Of a stretch of 36,137 bases of DNA, positions 31,993-36,137 are shown one piece after another. This DNA comes from Smithellaceae bacterium. Lineage in GTDB: Bacteria > Desulfobacterota > Syntrophia > Syntrophales > CAMTWB01. The DNA is taken from NCBI GenBank assembly GCA_034368785.1, contig JAXMLI010000124.1:1-36137 (forward strand). The letters run 5' to 3'. The notes below the pieces were generated by a model. That model searched no databases. It was not told the DNA's origin and was given only the letters and a program-made list of their open reading frames with translations. The position numbers and the translations under genes are program-made. Every line of letters starts with the position of its first letter. The stretch's first letter is position 1.

Positions 31993-32300
31993 GGTGTGCG
32001 ACGAATTTATGGGTAGAATAGGCAATGTCCGGTTAGCTTTTTGCGTCATCCATAAATACTCTTTTTAGTTCGGGTTTTGTTCCTCCCCCTTCAAGGGGAG
32101 CCTGAGGTGGGGCCGCGCCAGATTCCTCCCCTTGAAGGGGAGGGAGGTTGGGGCTTTAGGTTTCACCTTGAAGGGAAGGGAGACGGCCCGGTAAAGACGG
32201 CCATTATACCCCCCAAAAAACCTGTTAAGGACAGGCACAATTTTCTAACCAGACATTCGTGGGGTAGAATAGTTTTTAGGCCCCTCTTTAGCAAAGAAAT
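31993..32300. mobile_element. truncated GGTGTGCGACAA-family element interrupted by a nested element
   Basis: ggtgtgcgacgaatttatgggtagaatag (31993-32021), then the insertion, then tttttaggcccctctttagcaaaga (32273-). This is collinear with the uninterrupted 4113-4165 (ggtgtgcgacaactttatgggtagagcagtttttctcccctctttagcaaaga). Confidence 0.65.
32022..32259. mobile_element. nested 238-bp MITE-like element, copy 2, with TIRs and an 11-bp flanking duplication
   Basis: The TIRs are gcaatgtccggttag (32022-32036) and ctaaccagacattcg (32245-32259), matching at 12/15. The flanking direct repeat gggtagaatag lies at 32011-32021 and 32262-32272. Confidence 0.7.
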
Positions 32301-32452
32301 GAAGTTCACTTGCAATCCCCGGCAACGCTGGTTGGCGGCCATGCGGGGCGTACCTGCCAGGAAATAGAAATATTACTGGTTTGTTTCCGTTAAAATATGA
32401 TAGGTTGACCGCCTATAAGACAGTCGATCATCAGACGAAAAGGGGGTATTTT

Positions 32453-32854
32453 TTGGGTAATCAGGAAAAGGACACGGGAAAAGGATTAGTTCTCTGCGTA
32501 AACGCTATCCTGGAGAAGAAGGGCAAGGACCTCACGGTGATGAAAGTCCGGGAGCTTTCCTCCTTTGCCGATTATTTCCTTATCTGCTCCGGCACCTCGG
32601 TCCGTCAAACTCAGGCTATCGCCGAGTCTATCCAGCTAACCATGAAGACGGCGGGGCGCCTCCCCCGGGGAGTGGAAGGCGAGCAGGGGGGGACATGGAT
32701 CCTCCTGGACTATCATGATATTATTGTTCACGTGTTTTATGAACCAACCCGTGAATTCTACGGGCTGGAAAATCTCTGGTCCGACTCTCCCACCGTCCGG
32801 ATCGGCGATGACACCATCTCGATCACCGCTCTTCCGGGAGAAGTTTTCCCTTGA
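32453..32854 (+). CDS. rsfS: ribosome silencing factor RsfS (iojap-like)
   Basis: VMKVRELSSFADYFLICSGTSVRQTQAIAESI...WILLDYHDIIVHVFYEPTREFYGLENLW is the RsfS signature. The likely start is TTG 32453 (AAGGGGG 7 nt upstream), not the tracked TTG 32381. Confidence 0.8.
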   Translation: MGNQEKDTGKGLVLCVNAILEKKGKDLTVMKVRELSSFADYFLICSGTSVRQTQAIAESIQLTMKTAGRLPRGVEGEQGGTWILLDYHDIIVHVFYEPTREFYGLENLWSDSPTVRIGDDTISITALPGEVFP

Positions 32855-33573
32855 AAGACCTCCTGGCAGGTCTTGCCGACCTTGTCTTTCCACCATTATG
32901 CGCCGGCTGCAATTCCGTCCTCGACGGCCGGCGGCAATTACCCCTCTGCCCGTCCTGTCTCGACCTCGTGAGGCGGATAAATTCCCCCCTCTGCTCCGCC
33001 TGCGGGATACCATTCGCTACGGAGGCAGACGAAGACCACCTGTGCGGGGAATGTGCCATCGCGCCGCCGCCTTTCCAGCTCGCCCGCTCCTGGGCGCGCT
33101 ACGAAACGCATGTCATGACGGCAATCCACCAATTCAAATACCAGGGCAAGACCTTCTGGGGAAAGATCCTGGGGCAGGTCATGGCCGAGGCGGCATATCC
33201 CGGATTTAACCCTGCCGACTACTCCCTCGTGCTGCCCGTTCCCCTCCACCGCCGGCGGCTCCGGGAAAGGGGGTTCAACCAGTCTTTGCTTCTCGCCAGA
33301 GTGATCGCCTCCTTTCACCGTCTCCGCCTGGATGTGACCAGCCTGCGGCGGATCATCCACACGCCGGAACAAACCAAGCTCGGGCGGGAGGAACGGGTGC
33401 AAAACGTCCGCCGGGCCTTCGCGGTGAATGATCCCCGGCAGATCAAGGGAGAACGCATCATCCTCGTGGATGACGTATATACCACCGGCAGCACCGTCCG
33501 GGAATGCAGCCGTATCCTCCTGGGGAGCCAGGCGGAAAGGGTGGCGGTTCTCACCGCCGCCAGGGCAGTTTAG
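32851..33573 (+). CDS. comF: ComF-family phosphoribosyltransferase-like protein
   Basis: The TTG start overlaps the rsfS stop (TTGA). There is an N-terminal 4-Cys zinc ribbon (CAGC...CPSC...CSAC...CGEC) and a C-terminal PRTase motif ILVDDVYTTGST. Confidence 0.85.
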   Translation: MKDLLAGLADLVFPPLCAGCNSVLDGRRQLPLCPSCLDLVRRINSPLCSACGIPFATEADEDHLCGECAIAPPPFQLARSWARYETHVMTAIHQFKYQGKTFWGKILGQVMAEAAYPGFNPADYSLVLPVPLHRRRLRERGFNQSLLLARVIASFHRLRLDVTSLRRIIHTPEQTKLGREERVQNVRRAFAVNDPRQIKGERIILVDDVYTTGSTVRECSRILLGSQAERVAVLTAARAV

Positions 33574-33591
33574 CAGTTCAGGGGGAAACAG

Positions 33592-34074
33592 ATGGGCAAG
33601 ATTCTTTCCAAAGAAGCGCTTAAGGTGGAGTTGGACCGCCTCCGGGGAGAGGGGAAGAGGATTTCCTTTACCAACGGCTGTTTCGATATCCTCCATGTGG
33701 GCCACGTAACTTACCTCAAGGAGGCAAAGAAAACCGGGGATATCCTGATTCTCGCCCTCAACAGCGACTCATCCGTTCGCGCGATCAAGGGCGAAAAGCG
33801 CCCCCTGGTGTCCGAGGATCAGCGGGCAGAGGTGGTAGCGGCCCTGGAGTGTGTGGATTATGTCACCATCTTCCCGGAGGACACCCCGCGGGAATTGATC
33901 CGCTACCTCACGCCCCAGGTCCTCGTCAAGGGCGGGGACTGGTCAGAAGATCAGCTCGCCGGCGGCAGCGACGTTAAAAGCTGGGGCGGCGAGGTGGTGC
34001 TCATTCCGGTGGTTGCCGGGGTTTCCACCACCAATATCGTGGAGAAAATCAAAGAAATCTATGGGTTGACCTGA
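33592..34074 (+). CDS. rfaE2: D-glycero-beta-D-manno-heptose 1-phosphate adenylyltransferase (RfaE domain II type cytidylyltransferase)
   Basis: 160 aa. ISFTNGCFDILHVGHVTYL, the (T/H)xGH nucleotidyltransferase motif, and C-terminal VSTTNIVEKI are present. Confidence 0.85.
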   Translation: MGKILSKEALKVELDRLRGEGKRISFTNGCFDILHVGHVTYLKEAKKTGDILILALNSDSSVRAIKGEKRPLVSEDQRAEVVAALECVDYVTIFPEDTPRELIRYLTPQVLVKGGDWSEDQLAGGSDVKSWGGEVVLIPVVAGVSTTNIVEKIKEIYGLT

Positions 34075-34122
34075 TGACAACCCCTCCAGCCTTGCGGTTG
34101 CAGATCAGCGCGACAGAGGCTC

Positions 34123-34241
34123 TTGCAAAACTCACCCGGCCGCGACGGAGCGCGTCCCCTCCAGTCTCCAAAACTTGCCGTTTCCCACGCCTTTTGGAGG
34201 GCCACGCTCCGTCGTGGCCGTCTTTGCCGTGAGTTTTGCAA
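34123..34241. mobile_element. 119-bp MITE-like element with 13-bp TIRs TTGCAAAACTCAC, copy 1
   Basis: ttgcaaaactcac at 34123-34135 and gtgagttttgcaa at 34229-34241. The interior has the hairpins gcgacggagcgcgtc and ggccacgctccgtcgtggcc. An inverted copy lies at 35419-35536. Confidence 0.75.
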
Positions 34242-34254
34242 TTGGCTCGACAGA

Positions 34255-34548
34255 CTATAATTTCTCCTCCACCGACCGGACCTTCCCCTCCAGCCGGCCA
34301 TTCTTACCCGCTTGATAATCGGCCCTCATGTTGATGATAATCCTGCTGGAATCCTTCTTCAGCTCTTCCAGACATTTATTGACCACGGCCATCACTTCGG
34401 CCCATTCCCCTTCGATACAGGTCCCCATCGGGCCAAGCTGATAGGGCAGACCGCTTTCCTTCACGATCCTTACGGCCCGGGAAACGTAGGGACTCAGGCT
34501 GGATCCCTTGTCCATCGGGAAAATCGACAGCTCAACAATGACACTCAT
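34255..34548 (-). CDS. MTH1187/YkoF-family (UPF0045) thiamine-binding-like protein
   Basis: 97 aa. MSVIVELSIFPMDKGSSLSPYV...LGPMGTCIEGEW..V is the classic MTH1187-family N-terminal pattern. Confidence 0.8.
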   Translation of the reverse strand: MSVIVELSIFPMDKGSSLSPYVSRAVRIVKESGLPYQLGPMGTCIEGEWAEVMAVVNKCLEELKKDSSRIIINMRADYQAGKNGRLEGKVRSVEEKL

Positions 34549-34661
34549 AAAATCTCCTTCTCAAAAAACGAAAGGTCAAAAGTAACGATGAACCCGGGAA
34601 CCCAAACTACACTGAAGGCGCCGGGGCTGTCAATATCCCCGGGAAGGAAATGTTTTCGTCC

Positions 34662-34690
34662 TTGACATCAGCGCCCTGGTTGCCTATATT
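34662..34690 (+). promoter_or_regulatory. sigma70-type promoter of ssrA
   Basis: TTGACA at 34662-34667, a 17-nt spacer, and TATATT at 34685-34690. The predicted TSS is ~30 nt upstream of the mature tmRNA 5' end. Confidence 0.6.
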
Positions 34691-34725
34691 GTACTCAAAT
34701 TATAAGCATTTCCGCCAGAGAGAAA

Positions 34726-35079
34726 GGGGGCGTCACGGTTTCGACGGGGATAGTGAAGCTGTAGCAGCGTACCGAGGTTCCTGCAGGCCTCGTTAAACAG
34801 GCAGGAAAACATAATCGCAGACAACTACGATTACGCTTTAGCCGCTTAGACGGCTAACGTCTCCCTGACATTGCCTGTCGTGTCAGATCGGGGCGTCAAA
34901 CAGACAGGAAAGCCTTCCGGTCCCGCCTGGTGACCGGTGGGTTAAACTTACAGGCTAGGGTCCGGCTGATCCTGCCCCTTCGGGAGCTGCCAGAACCGAA
35001 ATCCAAAACACGGGCTACGTACGTAGACACTGCAGTGAAACATTTTCGGACGCGGGTTCGACTCCCGCCGCCTCCACCA
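34726..35079 (+). ncRNA. ssrA: tmRNA (SsrA), tag reading frame ADNYDYALAA-stop at 34817-34849
   Basis: The 5' end is GGGGGCGUCACGGUUUCGACGGGG. The 3' end is GGACGCGGGUUCGACUCCCGCCGCCUCCACCA, a tRNA-Ala-like acceptor/T-arm with CCA. The tag is GCA GAC AAC UAC GAU UAC GCU UUA GCC GCU UAG. ORFs 34896-35357 and 34930-35130 overlapping it are spurious. Confidence 0.95.
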
Positions 35080-35100
35080 AGTGACAATAGACCACAGAAT

Positions 35101-35148
35101 ACCCGCCTTTCCGGATTATCTCCGGGATGACGGGTTTTCTTTTCCTGC
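35101..35148 (+). terminator. probable ssrA terminator
   Basis: A compound hairpin with ACCCG...CGGGU outer pairs (35101-35105 / 35131-35135) and an inner CCGGA-uuauc-UCCGG, followed by UUUUCUUUUCC. Confidence 0.45.
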
Positions 35149-35418
35149 CTCAGCTCATCTGCCTTCCGGCCGACGGGGTCGGGAGACGAGAGGAATCGTC
35201 CAGAATACGGCCACTTCGTATCACTAATACCAAATGGTCCATGTCGTCTACTTCCAGGGGATGAGGGTCTCGGAAGGGAAAATCCAACCGCGGCCGCAAT
35301 ATCTGCCACCTCTTCCCCTGCTGATGGAAGGCGAAAATAAGCGAAGCCGCCAGACAAAGATCATGTTCTTACCATGCACTTGCCATTAAGCAATATATCT
35401 TCTAGTTAATAGAGGTAA

Positions 35419-35536
35419 TTGCAAAACTCACGGTAAAGACGGCCACGACTTCGCTAGTCCCTCCAAAAGGCGAGGAAAACGGCACGTTTGGGTGACTGGA
35501 GGGACGCGCTCCGTCGCGTCCGCAGGAGTTTTGCAA
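35419..35536. mobile_element. 119-bp MITE-like element, copy 2 (inverted relative to 34123-34241)
   Basis: ttgcaaaactcacggtaaagacggccacgac...ggagggacgcgctccgtcgcgtccgcaggagttttgcaa. It is collinear with the reverse complement of copy 1. Confidence 0.75.
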
Positions 35537-35596
35537 TTGCCTCAATATTGATTATTTTGCGGAAGCCCAAGATAATCGAACCCACGTTGCCGGTTT

Positions 35597-35875
35597 TTAA
35601 TTTTTGTTGATCTGGTCTCCGTAAACGTCTTTTCTATCTGCTATTCTTAAAATCAGAATCACCACTGACCCTCTGTCTACAGCGTAAATAATCCGGAAAT
35701 ATCCGTAGCGGTAACGATAAAGGCCCTTGAAGATTCCCTTGAGCGGCTTGCCCAGGCTGATGGGATCTTTGGAAAGATAATCTTTTACCCTGGCGATGAT
35801 CTTCTTCTGCGTTTGCCGATCAATATGCTTGAGATCGTTTATTGCTTCTTCATGCCATTGGACACTATAGGTCAA
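35597..35875 (-). CDS. RelE/ParE-family toxin
   Basis: Proposed TTG start at 35875-35873, overlapping the antitoxin end by 11 nt. (M)TYSVQWHEEAINDLKHIDRQTQKKIIARVKDYLSKDPISLGKPLKGIFKGLYRYRYGYFRIIYAVDRGSVVILILRIADRKDVY fits the RelE/ParE pattern. The tracked 151-aa ORF is an upstream extension. Confidence 0.8.
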   Translation of the reverse strand: MTYSVQWHEEAINDLKHIDRQTQKKIIARVKDYLSKDPISLGKPLKGIFKGLYRYRYGYFRIIYAVDRGSVVILILRIADRKDVYGDQINKN

Positions 35876-36083
35876 GAATCTTCTCCATGTCCTCTGTGGA
35901 GTAGTATTTGGCGTTCCTGTCGTTGAGACGATCAAGGGCAAGATAGGCGTCTTCATACTCCGGAAGGTGACGGAGAAGAATCTCCCTGATATAGAAGCTT
36001 TTGGGACGTTTCGTTTTGTCGGCAAGAAAATCGAGACGCGATGATAGGTCATCCGTAAGCCGGACGTTTAATATTTTAGACAT
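35865..36083 (-). CDS. ribbon-helix-helix (CopG/RelB-like) antitoxin
   Basis: The preferred start is ATG 36083 (GAGG 8 nt upstream). MSKILNVRLTDDLSSRLDFLADKTKRPKSFYIREIL is a typical RHH N-terminus. A TGTGTTA-gcgtg-TAACACA inverted repeat lies upstream at 36119-36137. Confidence 0.8.
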   Translation of the reverse strand: MSKILNVRLTDDLSSRLDFLADKTKRPKSFYIREILLRHLPEYEDAYLALDRLNDRNAKYYSTEDMEKILDL

Positions 36084-36137
36084 TTGTTCAACCTCAATAT
36101 AGAGATGCATTGGTTACTTGTGTTACACGCTAACACA

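Noticed and set aside
34896-35357. A 153-aa minus-strand ORF, and ORF 34930-35130 (+).
   Set aside because: Both overlap the tmRNA gene and its terminator. The part outside ssrA (35150-35357) has no recognisable motif; I looked for an integrase C-terminus and found none.

Overview
This 36.1-kb window comes from a GC-rich bacterial chromosome. The gene content suggests an anaerobic, syntroph-like Desulfobacterota-type organism, but that is inference only. Most genes lie on the minus strand and are ordinary housekeeping or metabolic genes:
- a membrane metallophosphoesterase
- a GctAB-type CoA-transferase pair, translationally coupled to a 5'-nucleotidase
- a lysophospholipase-like hydrolase
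- cca
- a thiD-thiC operon behind a TPP riboswitch
- tatD
- an SDR
- a LUD-domain protein
- a PaaK-like ligase
- a liv-type ABC operon with an embedded acyl-CoA synthetase
- an AcuB-like CBS protein
- an MFS transporter
- orphan OppBC-like permeases plus a TIM-barrel isomerase
- rsfS-comF-rfaE2
- a YkoF-like protein
- tmRNA (ssrA)

Four things stand out.
1. The left end (about 241-2910) is visibly AT-richer. It is a three-gene module bracketed by roughly 85-bp direct repeats. It holds an NYN nuclease, an atypical HicB-like/HicA-like pair in reversed order with a large unknown N-terminal domain, and a small promoter-to-terminator unit that looks like an sRNA. This is my best candidate for an undescribed toxin-antitoxin or defence-type system.
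2. The CoA-transferase alpha subunit is interrupted by one in-frame TGA, followed 15 nt later by a perfect 8-bp hairpin. It is either a selenocysteine recoding candidate or a nonsense pseudogene.
3. Almost every intergenic spacer is filled with several families of hairpin or MITE-like repeats. One nested insertion has its own terminal inverted repeats, an 11-bp target duplication and an intact 'empty-site' paralogue.
4. GC drops again immediately 3' of ssrA, where a RelE/ParE-RHH pair sits. This fits an island integrated at ssrA.

All family assignments were made by eye from motifs. No database search was possible.
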